DNA of 63,933 nucleotides, filler included, from Lenisia limosa (GCA_001655205.1; 13 parts of 13 records of this genome joined end to end with filler, not necessarily neighbours in it); one strand, 5' to 3'; positions 9,405 to 21,859 are shown, numbered from the whole stretch's first letter. Translations and numbers: made by a program. Notes: generated by a model from the letters alone, not told the origin.

Positions 9405-10899
9405 CAACCACCATCATCACCACTACCATCATCATCATCATCACAACCACCACCATCAACATCATCACCACCACAAACTACATGTCACAACTACCACCAT
9501 CATTATCATCAACACTTGAAACTGACATTTGGCCCGCAGAAAGAGCCAGAGTAGTAGCAATCCTCCAAGTCGTGGCCCTCCGATCCCCTTTGGAACATCT
9601 GAAAGTGAAACATAGCTTAAATTTAATCCGGTACGACAAAGCCGGTAAAATATCGAGGTTTATCAAGTGTTCAGTCTTTTATGAAACCGAAGTGAAGCAA
9701 GGCTATATTACAGCTTTCTGCGCATAGTGACTCTTCACCTCATGTTAATAATGTAATTATGGAATCTGGCTGAAGCCATCCACACTATCACGTTCATTAC
9801 AAATAAAAGTATTCGGCGGAAGCCCTCCACTCCATCACTCTGTCAAGAGGTAACATTAAATTGCTCACTAAAAATGTTATAAAATTGTAGTATTATAATA
9901 AATAGAGAAGAAAATCCCACAAACGTGTTTGTTAATCGTCCCACTCAGCGAATACTCCTAAAACAAATAAAAACAATTCAGAAAACAAAAAGTCAATTAT
10001 CAGTTTATATGACAAGAGTCTTTCATATCAATGCAAAAAAAAAGTGTTACAATAAAACAAGGCAATTACATTGAAACCTCAACCTACGTTTTCATTGTAG
10101 AAAATGATCGCGGAAGCCTCCTGTCTGTTCTGATGGGGATCTACCTTTATTGATTAGAGTTTGTTTTGGAGCAAGAAACGGGATACATTTTACAGCTAGG
10201 GATAAGACGGATTTATCATTAAGGTTTTTCAATAAAGAAGTGTGTAGATATGAGAAAACGGACAACTGTTGAAACATCCTCCCCCAAAACAAAACAAACA
10301 AATATACTATGAAAATAACAAAAATAAAGCCCATCACTTAACAAGAAGAAAGCACTCCCATCCCATCACTTAACAAGAGGAAAGCACTCCCATCCCATCA
10401 CTTAACAAGGGGAAAGCATTCCCATCCCATCACACTTAACAAGACTTAACAAGAGGAAAGCACTCCCATCCCATCACACTTTACAAGAGGAAATATCAAC
10501 AGAGTTATGTAAAATAAGACCGGACAATGATTAATATGTAGAGATGGTAAATATAAGTGGGACTACGATGTATAATATGTGTGAACTGTAATGTACAATA
10601 CGTATGGACTGTTATTAATAATAAAGCGAACAATGATGTATTCTCATAAAGCGAACTATGATGTAAAATAACGCGAGCTATGATGTATACTAAGTGTGAG
10701 TTTGATGTATAATAAGTGTGGACTATGATGAATTAGAATTAAAGGTGCGGATAATAAGTACGAATATGATTAATAGCAAGGGATAATGCGCAATACTTCC
10801 TGGTGAAATTCATACCTCGGACAGAGTAAAAGTGGCCAATCCATGAACCAGTCCTGTTGAAAGAAGGAAAAGAAGCTGCAGCAGCATAGCAGCTCTCAT
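8020..10899 (-). CDS. Multi-exon secreted protein of unknown function (partial)
   Basis: First exon MRAAMLLQLLFLLSTGLVHGLATFTLSE followed by GTATGA donor; later exons ~9598-9515, 9060-9000, 8368-8260, 8075-8030. Confidence 0.45.
8461..8990. mobile_element. Cluster of three MITE family A copies (8461-8549, 8686-8781, 8903-8990)
   Basis: Each starts GGGCTTCACTTCGGTT and contains ATCGA/AGTCTTTTTTCGAACCGAAGTGAA segments. Confidence 0.8.
9291..9500. repeat. (CAT/CAC)n microsatellite
   Basis: Directly visible trinucleotide run. Confidence 0.95.
10331..10490. repeat. ~32-bp tandem repeat x5 (CCCATCACTTAACAAGAGGAAAGCACTCCCAT)
   Basis: Directly visible; the unit contains CATCCCATCACT, the terminus of family B. 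Confidence 0.9.
10550..10790. repeat. Degenerate ~22-bp tandem array (AATAAGTGTGGACTATGATGTAT-like) x~10
   Basis: Periodic recurrence of (G/A)ACTATGATGTA variants. Confidence 0.7.
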
Positions 10900-11946
10900 C
10901 TTCACCCCGCTTGTTCTCTCAAATAGAACCCTAAGGAGATTACTGGACTTGTGAATAGTTATTCTACCATAAAGATCACAAAGAAAACAACGGTTTCTTT
11001 CCATCATGTGCTTGAGAAGTGACAAAACAGCTACTATATAAGCAACAAAAAAAGAAGACTGTGTTCAATACACCCAAGATAATGCCTACTCTAACTCTTG
11101 CTGATAGGAGCGGATAAAAGGCGGATTATAATATATCTCGTCTATGTTTGCAGCAACGCTGTCCTTTTGGAATTGTGGAGAGTAGAGCAATTTTATTACA
11201 CTGTAATTCAAAATCAAGTGCTGCCTGAGTGCTGCGCACAACAAAATATTATAAATATGATATAACAAATAGAAGAGAGGCGTGGGAAGACGGGATGAGC
11301 AAGTGGGGCAAGCACAAGCCGCCATTCAGTAGCTCCATGTAAATATTCATGGAATCTTCACATCTCAGAAACATCTCAGTTTAAATCAGGTGAGGTAATT
11401 AAAACAATTAAATTTCCTAAATGTGAATTGTTAATACTCCTTTCAGTCCTCGGGTTTGAAAAAGAAGGAATTTATCCCCCCCCTCTCCCAACTCCACTTT
11501 CCCAGAAACCGAATAGAAATAGAAATACATGCTACTGCACACACAATAAATAGACTACATCACCATCACTCACACGCCACGCGGGTGTCTCGCGTCTGCA
11601 GAGGTAAGTTCTTTTCGGAAAAAAGAGGGCTTAAGTTTGTGTTTGAAAGATAAAAGGTGTTGTTTGAATATTATATTGAAATGAGAATTAAAAACAAGGT
11701 TGGGTAAGTTTTTGTTTGGAAAAAAGAAAATGTGAANNNNNNNNNNNNNNNNNNNNNNNNNNNNNNNNNNNNNNNNNNNNNNNNNNNNNNNNNNNNNNNN
11801 NNNNNNNNNNNNNNNNNNNNNNNNNNNNNNNNNNNNNNNNNNNNNNNNNNNNNNNNNNNNNNNNNNNNNNNNNNNNNNNNNNNNNNNNNNNNNNNNNNNN
11901 NAATGGTATCAGTCTTAGATTTGCTTGAACTGCCCAACAGACCATC

Positions 11947-13480
11947 CTAGACCTTGATGTGGGTTTGGACGTCTTCGAACCAGACTGCAAGGGCCTTGTC
12001 GAATTCGACCACTTCTTCCACGGATTCACGGAGGTCAACGGGCATGTCCGCAACCCAAAGGTCCCATAGATTGTCACCTTGGTGGGGGGGGGGGGTAAAA
12101 ATGGAAAATTTNNNNNNNNNNNNNNNNNNNNNNNNNNNNNNNNNNNNNNNNNNNNNNNNNNNNNNNNNNNNNNNNNNNNNNNNNNNNNNNNNNNNNNNNN
12201 NNNNNNNNNNNNNNNNNNNNNNNNNNNNNNNNNNNNNNNNNNNNNNNNNNNNNTTCTCCTTTGACCCATTTACTCCAGCAAAAGAAGCTAGATGCTTCTA
12301 GCACCGCATCCCATTACTAACCTGGTGTGGGGATGTGATTTCTCACAGCAGGTCGGGAGGAGGATTCTTCGGTCTTCTCTTCGGCGCCCGTCTCCTCTTG
12401 CTTCTCTTCTTTTGTTTCTTCTTCTCCCTTTCCTTCTTCCTTCTCCTCCACCTTTTCTTCTTCCTTTTTCGCTTCCTTCTCTTCTACCTTCTCGTCTTTA
12501 ACTTCCTCTTCGGGTTGCCCGAGATCGAGGCTTTTCGCCTCTTCAAGAAGTGCTTTTTCAGCATCATCACTTTCCTCATCTTTAGCTTCTTTGTTTTCTT
12601 CTTCTCTCTCCCCTCCTTCCTCTTCTTTTTCTTCCTCTTCTTTCTTATCTTCTTCCTTTTCCTCTTCCTCTTTCTTCCCCACATCTTCTTCTTTTTCCTC
12701 CTCTTTTTCTTCCTCATGGGTGTCTTCTGCATCAGCGGTCTACGACGATCATAAATAAAAAGTATCAGAGCCTCCCTCCATTATTCGTTGAAAACATTGT
12801 TATATTATTATAATTATTATTTTTTGTTATTGAAATATCTAAAGAAGATTATTGAAAACCCAGTCATTTTTAGGGTCTCCAACTACAGCACTTTATTAGC
12901 CCCTTTGACATTGACAAAATCACCCCCCCCCCCCCNNNNNNNNNNNNNNNNNNNNNNNNNNNNNNNNNNNNNNNNNNNNNNNNNNNNNNNNNNNNNNNNN
13001 NNNGTCATCTTCTGAGAGGTCCGCTGAGGCCTAAGGGGATAAGCGAAAATTGGTAAACTATCTAAATATATCGATGATTTATCGAGAAATTCGGTCGTAA
13101 ATCCTAGTCACAAACTTCTAAAATGCATTTCATAATATATTACACAGAGTACATACAAATAAAATCAATAAAACCTGGAGATTCAAAAGAGAAACACGTT
13201 CAGCCTTGATCAAAAATGGTCAATGATGGATCTCAAGACTCTTATCACATGCACTCCTTCATGGGTCTCCTATTATTTGAACTATTTAATTATTTATGAT
13301 ATAGTATCCATATATTTCCAATTATCTGAAGAGATGCCCGATGAAAAATGAAACAAGGTTTTATCTGGTCGAAGCCGTCCACATCAATATAATAAAAAAT
13401 ATTTTGAAATCACCAATTCATTCCTCTCACCGTCCCTTCATAGTGCTCAAGGAATACTTTGGCGATATTCTAAAAGTTAA
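11947..13480 (-). CDS. Multi-exon protein with a long Glu/Lys-rich exon, function unknown (partial)
   Basis: Exon 12741-12322 (TADAEDTHEEEKEE...RNHIPTP) splices in frame to 12077-11947 (GDNLWDLWVADMPVDLRESVEEVVEFDKALAVWFEDVQTHIKV*); upstream exon NIAKVFLEHYEGT ~13482-13444. Confidence 0.6.
12078..12321 (-). repeat. Intron whose two ends coincide with the two ends of repeat family B
   Basis: Donor GTTAGTAATGGGATGCGGTGC = B 5' end; acceptor AAATTTTCCATTTTTACCCCCCCCCCCCACCAAG = B 3' end; middle is an N gap. Confidence 0.7.
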
Positions 13481-13696
13481 AGCAGGCCGCATAACCAGAA
13501 TGAAACAAGATTTTTATCCGACTTAAGCTGTTTTTATACTATACTATTACCTAATATCTCTTATCAGCATAGTAGTGTGGGCTGCTAAACCAGAATGAAA
13601 CCTCGGAGTGAAAGTTTTTCCCCATGAATTTGGGGTACCTTTTGCCTACTTTTGAACAAAATTCATGAGCTTATACCCCCGGTTATCATGTATAAC

Positions 13697-13764
13697 TAGG
13701 GCTTCCCTACAGTCCCAAAAAGACTGAATTTCCCGATAAATTCTCGATAAATAGGGAAGCCGTA
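13697..13764. mobile_element. MITE family A, second subfamily (TAGGGCTTCCCTACGGTCC ends), internally deleted
   Basis: TAGGGCTTCCCTAC...TAGGGAAGCCGTA; same subfamily at 7781-7822, 25968-26058, 32066-32159, 49619-49705, 58970-59056, 60894-60947. Confidence 0.75.
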
Positions 13765-14445
13765 AATGTAATATGTAATTAATCAATACACCACCCCTCT
13801 CTCTTCTTATTAATGATCCAGTATTTATTATCCTAATTCATCCATCCCTCCTTCTCGTGAGATGAGATACGGTGCTGCAGAAGCGATTGGCCTGGGCTTT
13901 TTTTTTTTATTATTTTTTTTNNNNNNNNNNNNNNNNNNNNNNNNNNNNNNNNNNNNNNNNNNNNNNNNNNNNNNNNNNNNNNNNNNNNNNNNNNNNNNNN
14001 NNNNNNNNNNNNNNNNNNNNNNNNNNNNNNNNNNNNNNNNNNNNNNNNNNNNNNGCTGAGAAGTTATCTGAATCGTACGACTTTGATGTGTGCCCATTGT
14101 TCGTGCTTGGATAATAAGAGAGGACAACATAAAACAATAAAGTCGGGGTCATTGGTTGTGTTGGATAAATATATCACACCGTCCATATATCTGTCAATTT
14201 TCCTATCTGTGAATTTTTTTGAAATAGAAGAAAATTTTGCTAAAAATATGGCATAACCAAGAGAATTGTCGTAACACTCTTGTTGCTAACAAAAATGACA
14301 ATAACTTTTATTTGTTGANNNNNNNNNNNNNNNNNNNNNNNNNNNNNNNNNNNNNNNNNNNNTTAATTAATTAANNNNNNNNNNNNNNNNNNNNNNNNNN
14401 NNNNNNNNNNNNNNNNNNATTTTAGTATTTATTTTATATTTCAAA

Positions 14446-15484
14446 TTACGAAGTAAATATTTGAATATCATCCTCATAAACAACTGCAGCATCCTTCAGT
14501 AATGTAACTTCAAAACTTGATTTCTGATAGTAATCACTTCCACCATGAGTTAAGTTATTTCTTCCATTATGGTCTATTAGTATTTGAATATCATCATTTA
14601 CATTTAATTGTAATACTGCAGTAGCAGAAACATTAAAATTTAGATCATTAACATATGTTCGCACTTGAGATATCCTAGCCACCTCTCCGTTTTTCTTTAA
14701 TGACACCGTGAAACTATGTGGAATAGATGTATCAGGATTTGTAAAGTATAAATTATAATTTGTTAGATACACCCCTGACTTAAGAACCAACATTTTACCT
14801 TCATTTAAATATGTTGTAGCATCAATCCAACCAGATAAATCTTCCCTAGATCCGAAAGGAATAGGAACAGCTTCGGTACCATCAGCAATAGCTTGTGTAG
14901 TTATCGAATATTGTTTAGCAGATTTTCCAATGTCTTGCATATATCCAAGTAATTTATTTATCTTAGGTATAATTTGAACAATGTTTGAATAATCTATTGA
15001 CCTATTTGTCTGTAGGGTGCTAACATTTGTTTCAATGGGGGTTATTCGATTTTCAATAGGTTCAAGTTTAAAATTAATTGGATCAAAACTAATCATTTCT
15101 CCGTTCGTTACTAAACCTTCCATTGAAAACCAACTAATTGTTTTATTCGTTTCCGGTAAACTATAACGTATCAGTATCTCTATTGAAACATCATTAAAGT
15201 TGTAATTAAATTCATTTTCACTATCTATGAAAACTAATTTAGTTCCTACACTTAAACCACCATCTGCAGTGTAAGTTCTGAAAAGTGAACCATCTTTAAT
15301 TATATCAATAGTCCAAGCACTAACTTCTGTAAAATTTGAAGTTAAATGAACATCAATTTGAGTATTCTCAATTCTCTTATTCGGAAATGATAATGGTTGA
15401 AGTAATGCTCCAAAACTGTTTTCATCAGGTATGTTAATACTTAGTCCAGTTTCACTATGATAAACTGATCTTCCACCATCAACA
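14446..15484 (-). CDS. Intronless, AT-rich, 5'-truncated ORF (>=346 aa): beta-rich N-part, short coiled coil, C-terminal C1q/TNF-like domain; virus fibre/spike-like
   Basis: My translation shows the frame open from the scaffold end (VDGGRSVYHSETG...) through ORF 14446-15123; C-terminus KSGVYLTNYNLYF...VSLKKNG...VSATAVLQLNVNDDIQI...SSFEVTLL fits the C1q pattern. Confidence 0.65.
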
Positions 15485-15585
15485 NNNNNNNNNNNNNNNN
15501 NNNNNNNNNNNNNNNNNNNNNNNNNNNNTTAATTAATTAANNNNNNNNNNNNNNNNNNNNNNNNNNNNNNNNNNNNNNNNNNNNG

Positions 15586-15683
15586 GGCTTTGTTTGTTTT
15601 GTTTTTCTCAACCCTCGTGTGTTGTCAGCCAACAGAGTTGATTTGGGTTTTTTGTTTCATAAATGTTCCCAATTTTACTCCCC
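15586..15683 (+). repeat. Repeat family B copy preceding a plus-strand acceptor
   Basis: GGGCTTGTTTG...CAACCCTCGTGTGTTGTCAGCCAACAGAGTTGATTTGGG...TTTCATAAATGTTCCCAATTTTACTCCCC. Confidence 0.85.
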
Positions 15684-16147
15684 GCTAACATCGTAGACCT
15701 GTGTGGAGTGGCTTGCTTTCGACCTACGTGTACGATGTCAATCGTTTTCTCTTTCTTCCTAACTTCCCCTCTTCCTTTCTTCCAAGTCCTAATATCCCCT
15801 CTTTCTTCCTCAGTTTTGAGTCTTCTTCCTGTGGCTGTGCCAGTTGTTTCGCTTTCTTGTTCCACGATCTATTTATTATCCATGTGCTGTATTTTAGTTC
15901 AATGTATCTCTGATTTTGTCGAGAGCTAATATGTATCTCTTCATCTAGTACATTTTCTTGTCACTTGCTTCACTTCGGTTCGGAAACCCGGAAAATATCT
16001 ATCGAGGATTTATCGAGAAATTCAGGCCCAAGGTAGCAGGTATCTGCTCACCAAATACTGTCCCCTTTAATTCGGAAAAAATCACCAATAATATGATTAT
16101 ATAAATTAATAATAAAAATAACAAAAACCCAATACAAAGAACAGTGC

Positions 16148-18658
16148 CTAAGGATCGTAAAGACTGAAATCAATGTAGCCTCCATAGATGGCTGAATAGC
16201 TTGACATCACACCTTGATGACAGTAGCAATATCCATTAGCATTATCAAAGGCAATGCAGGTTTGTGATGCATCTGCACAGTTAGTAGAGGAAGATGCATC
16301 ACGAACAATGGATAAATCTTAAACGATTTTCCTTGGGAAATTCATTGAGCAAATCGGTCAGACATTTCCCCCCCCAACCAGTGATTGCACGAGCACAGCG
16401 GCCGAAGCAGTTCTCAAATGTCATTGCGTACCCTAGAAATTCAACATGTTGCCTCGGATATGATGAGTTCCTGTCTAATAACAATAAGAACACAGTTGAA
16501 ATCTATCGAGTTGCCACCCTTCCTCAACCACGGAATTATGGGGAAATTTTTCCAATCCCCCCAAATATAAAATCCTTTTTGCTGGCATTATTTTTACCCC
16601 CCCCCCCCCAANNNNNNNNNNNNNNNNNNNNNNNNNNNNNNNNNNNNNNNNNNNNNNNNNNNNNNNNNNNNNNNNNNNNNNNNNNNNNNNNNNNNNNNCA
16701 TGTTGGCGGGCGGTACTGTCAGGTCAGAATGCTCAAAAAAGCTTAGAATTTTGAGCAAAAAAAAAGCAGTTTGAGTAACAAAAAGAAGTTCGGTCAACAA
16801 AGATTGTTATCAGGAATGAGAGAGAATCCACAAAAGATATCTAGATATCTGGAAGAGAAGATGCGGATAATCTGGATAAAACATAGGGTAGGGGTATTAC
16901 TACTGGATAAAGCCACGAATAATACTGGATAAAGCCTACGGATAATACTGGCATCACGGTCGCCTCTACAAGGCCTCTTGACAAACGTCATTCCAGCGGT
17001 TAAGGTACAAACTGGGGGGGTGAAGAGGTGAAGAGGGGGAGAAGGAGTACAAAGCAAAGTCTGTTACTGAATCAAAAACAGCGGAGCAAAAGAGCGATAG
17101 CATTAGAGATAAATATGAAAGCAATCCCCCACGTTGCTATGACATATTGCCCCCCCNNNNNNNNNNNNNNNNNNNNNNNNNNNNNNNNNNNNNNNNNNNN
17201 NNNNNNNNNNNNNNNNNNNNNNNNNNNNNNNNNNNNNNNNNNNNNNNNNNNNNNNNNNNNNNNNNNNNNNNNNNNNNNNNNNNNNTTCAATGCAGGCACC
17301 ACACATGTCACCATTGCCCACGCTGCGGAAGAGAGTTGAGCAGTTCTGAGGGTGGTGAGAGACTGTATTCGTCTCCATCATAAATCATCTATTCGAAATG
17401 GTCCCATCATAAATCATCTGTAGTTTGCCGCTTTCATCATCATTAAGTATCAAATTTAGTATATTTATATTCACTCAACAAACGACCGATACAACATTGA
17501 TAAATATCAAAACCCAATTATACTTCTAGACAGAGAAAAGGTTATTCAAAAAACGCTTTCTCATGACAATGCCATTACACTCATTATCTGGTGACGAATC
17601 TCCCCAACTAACATTGCACGTGACTCCATCAACTTCCATAAACTCGGATAGGCCGCACGGGCCTGACGAGGGTCCTTCATCAATCCTCTTAGCGAGTTCT
17701 GAAACCTTGATGTGTGAGCGATCCCGAAAAATGGTTCAATTCCGCACTTTTTTAAAGAAAGCCCATCTCCAACAACCCAATTCATCATGCCCAAGAATAG
17801 AGATTCATTTCCGCTTCCAAAGGACAAGTTAGAATAACGACGCAATTTTGAATTTTGTCTTTTTATATAACTGGAAGTGAATCTCTGCCAAAGAGTGCCC
17901 ATCCATCCATCTGTAACACCCTGAGCAATTTGATCAAGGATGAGATAGTTTAGAGGGGGGGGGGGGTAAAATTGGAAAATTTATGAAACAAAAAAACNNN
18001 NNNNNNNNNNNNNNNNNNNNNNNNNNNNNNGACAACACACGAGGGTTGATAACAAAAACACAAAGCCACAGCTCCGCATCTGGAGGAAATTATAAAACAG
18101 AAAGCGCAAAATCAACTCTGTTGGCTAGAAACACAGGATTGAAAAAAACAAAAACAAACGCCAGGCCAGTCGCTTCTGCACCATATCCCATCAGAATTTG
18201 TGACCCAAAGTGTTCTATCCCCCATTACCGTTTCATTGAGCGCTTGGAGCATGTGGAGAGGCACAGCAGCATTTGGAGCGGAAGGAGACTGATTGACAAT
18301 GCTGTTTCCGGAAGTGTCTCTGAATTATTGAGTGAATATAGAACAAAAACAAGGTAACCTCATAGAATCTCAATGTCATATCGAATCTCTCAAAATTGAA
18401 TCTCTCAAGATTGAATCCGTAAATGTAATAGTGAATTTTGCAATGTATCTGTTGAATCACATCATATCACTCCTTCCTCAAGTCTGGAGGAGGAATTGTA
18501 CTTTGAGAGAGGACAGAACAAGATCAAGTCATTGTGATCAGGAATGGTGTGAGAAAATAATCATCGCCCCACACTACATACAAAGAAACTGACGTGACCA
18601 ATTGAGTAAAGGTGGCAATAAGGGCCATAACAGCCATCTGCAAAAGAACCTTCGGCAT
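16148..18658 (-). CDS. Multi-exon secreted Cys-rich protein (possible PAN/apple-like C-terminal module)
   Basis: N-terminus MPKVLLQMAVMALIATFTQLVTS; 3' exons GYAMTFENCFGRCARAIT / DASQTCIAFDNANGYCYCHQ / AIYGGYIDFSLYDP. Confidence 0.45.
17955..18192 (-). repeat. Tandem/compound repeat family B copies
   Basis: G12-TAAAATTGGAAAATTTATGAAAC...GACAACACACGAGGGTTG...ATCAACTCTGTTGGC...CCAGGCCAGTCGCTTCTGCACCATATCCCATCA. Confidence 0.85.
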
Positions 18659-19533
18659 TATGGTGTACTTTGTTTATATTTTTACTGCTGCTAGCTATAT
18701 TTTATTTTTGTGCATTTGAATTTGAAAGCGGCCTCCAAAAAAACAAAAAACTGGATGCTCTCCGATCTATTGATCTCGGATGGCAGAAAAGACAATGGCA
18801 GGAATTTGATTGACATTGATGCATTGACCACAACAAGAGAAGAAAGAAGAAGAGCACAGATACAGAAAGAAACCTGAACTGAAAGAGTTTAAAAAGTGAG
18901 GGGGGGAAGTGCAGCGAATGTGTGAATGATGTGTTCGGCTGACTGCCTGACTTTTCTTNNNNNNNNNNNNNNNNNNNNNNNNNNNNNNNNNNNNNNNNNN
19001 NNNNNNNNNNNNNNNNNNNNNNNNNNNNNNNNNNNNNNNNNNNNNNNNNNNNNATCAAACATTGGCAGTTTTTTGTTTTTTTGAATGAATGAATTCATAT
19101 TGCCACTGATTTTCAATCATCATCACCATCAGCAGAATCAGTAGCACATCAACTCTCTCCTTCATCATCATCATTAGTCCCCGCTTCATGAGCATTATCT
19201 AACCCTCACATCAATAAGCAATGTTGTCTCTTCGCCTCTTGCTCTGGATATCCAGAACCAGCCCGCAATGATGTCCCTTCGCCTCTTGCTCTGGATATCC
19301 AGAACCAGCCCGCTATTTTCAGTGAAGTGGAATACCAAACCCAGTCGTTTAGCCAACACAGTAGTATGAAGGAATGTGGAAGAGGATTTTGAACTGATCA
19401 ATAAGAAGAGCAAACCTGTGTCCAATATATTATCATCGAATGGAATCTATCACCGGAGTCGAAATGGTAAACTGGTGGGAGAGAATGGACCTTTCCAATA
19501 ATATTGTTGGTTGTTTACGGCTTAGGTTATCAC

Positions 19534-19672
19534 TTGGGCTCCGTGCAATTAATTGAAAAAATAGTTGGAAAGCTTGAAGTACGACATATTGTAATGCAAA
19601 CTCAATTTCTGACATTTTAATTTCTAGTTTTGTCAATTAATTTCTTCAAAAAATTAATAGCACGAAGCCCTA
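19534..19672. mobile_element. MITE family J (hAT-like; GGGCTCCGTGCAATTAATT TIR, 8-bp TSD GTTATCAC)
   Basis: TIR pair visible; GTTATCAC at 19526-19533 and 19673-19680; related copies ~56200-56330 and ~29430-29555. Confidence 0.75.
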
Positions 19673-21859
19673 GTTATCACTTATGGAAGAAACGCACTGT
19701 CCAACTGGACACTTGTAAAGGCTTTCAATGAGGAGACAATGCCTGTTTTCCGCTGTCTGGACACTGCCAACGCCCAATGTATGTATACAAATGATTTCCA
19801 CTGTACTAAGAGTCGATTATCGTTTGACCATTTCAACAGCAGCTATTTACAGTCACCTTTTGGTATATCTTTATCATTTTAGACACATCAGATACTCTCA
19901 TCTCTTTTCCAAAAGATTGATAGAATGACCTCCCCTCCCTCTGTCCAATCTCCAATCAACTCCCCTCTTACTCTCCCAAAGTCCAAAAATATGGTTGTGA
20001 AGGTTTGCGCTGAGGGACCAAAGTGTTTCATATACACAACTCTCGGTCATTCAACTTGATACCCAATGCTTGAAGTTGCCTACTACCCATCACAGCTTTC
20101 AACTGCCTCACTTTAGGAACCAAAAAAGGCTCTCGTGAACTTCAAGACCAAGAAACCCTTTTCAAATCATGCTCTCTGCTCCTGACTCAAAACGCCCACA
20201 GTTTGCGATTCCTGTAATCCCATACCTACGTCGGAGTTGGATTTGATTAACACACAGCCACATATACATATGACATGTAATTACATGTCTTATGTATCAG
20301 TTATCATGGGCAAATTGTAGCTAATCTTGTTATGGATTTTAGACGAAAGGGAAATGGTGATTTCCTCTTTTTATAATCCCAGATCAAATTTGAGGAAATG
20401 AACGAGTAAGTCAGATTATTTCTATATTTACTTTCTTCAGCATATCGAATTTTACCGCTTTAGGTTTCTTTTGAATCGCTTCAAGGTGAAACTGTATTCT
20501 TCCAATTTCTGAAATCTAGTGACTCCTCTGAAGAGGTTGAGGAAAAGGCTCAAAACGGCGATATGCTGAGTTTATTGCAGTGTGTCTCTAATAAAAACAA
20601 ACTGCAAAATGTACGTGGGGTAATGGGGCAATTGTTTTCCAACAAACGATTATCACATGAAGCAATCTCACAATGAAGGTTCTATCAAGGTGCTCATCTG
20701 ATGATGTAATGCTCAAGAGTCTCAAAATTATGCATGAAGATATGGTATTTGGGCTTGTCTAAAAATTGGGTGGCTCTGAAAAAAAATGTTTGTACAATGA
20801 ATCGGTATTCAATAAAGCTAGTAACATACTATTATTAAATCTATTATATCATATAATACTATGTGAAGCATATAATGCATCCTATTTTAAATCATAAGAT
20901 TTTTTACTTAGTACGCATCTCATATTATACTGCATACATATACATACATATGAATTATGAAAACGATAATTGTGAACAATCCAGATTAATGAGACAAACT
21001 CCTCGAGCGTGCTATAGGTTCAGGATATGTTGAGACTGTTATCTACTTGTCCCAACGTGGAGTGGACATTCATAAGAAGGACAAGGTAGGTTTTGTCTTT
21101 TTATACCACTCACCTGACAAGAATATCTCTGATGAATGATGTGAAGACGCAACGGAAAATAGTCACCTGCTATTGTTTAGACTATTATTTCTGAGAACTC
21201 ATTCTTCAATAAATCTCTTTTCACAATTGTATCATAGCTGCCATTTATAAGTAGGGCCCTCTCGGACAAGTCCAACTATTAATAAAATACTAATAATAGC
21301 AACTAAATAGCAGAGTGGTGTTGGTTATTTGGACGGGACCTTAATTGTATTTGCATATCATCGGATGTGTTACATGAGAAATGTCCGACAAGATATCCTT
21401 TGCTGATTAGATTGAGTCAATAGCATGCGCTGGCTTTTAGCTTGAGTGGGGTACATTAATAATAAAAAGACAATCTTGGGGTGTTACTCGTAGGCAGCTA
21501 TCACCTGTCCTCGGGGTGTGATGCCTGATAATAATTAGAGAAAAAGTAATAGCAATGTAAATATTACATGTATAATGAAGCAAAATAGTCCAATTGTCAT
21601 TGTTTATCCTAATCAAACAAAGTGTGGCTTTACTGACAACGTATGTACACGAGTAACATCTATCATGTAATACGCTGACCGCAATAAGTTCTGAAACGGT
21701 TATTGAGCTTTTTCGTCAATCAATCGTGTCAGGACTTATCGCGCTCCGTGTCGAAAAAATCAAAAAGACAATACAGTTTGATGCTGAAATAAGAAATGGA
21801 AAAGGCTGGACTAATCATAAAATTGGTGTGCAACCAACAAACCCAGTTCCTTGAGGGTT

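Noticed and set aside
9271-9554. Poly-Met/Val and poly-Ser ORFs
   Set aside because: Translations of a (CAT)n microsatellite inside an intron
10331-10490. CRISPR-like appearance of short repeats (also 3416-3535, 22053-22165)
   Set aside because: Units are head-to-tail with no unique spacers, no cas genes, eukaryotic context
12335-12754. Phe/Leu-rich 'membrane' ORF on +
   Set aside because: Antisense shadow of the Glu/Lys-rich minus-strand exon
19100-20560. Decayed coding-like stretches, including a 45-bp duplication at ~19225-19315
   Set aside because: Multiple stops and no recognisable motif; cannot be assigned without a search
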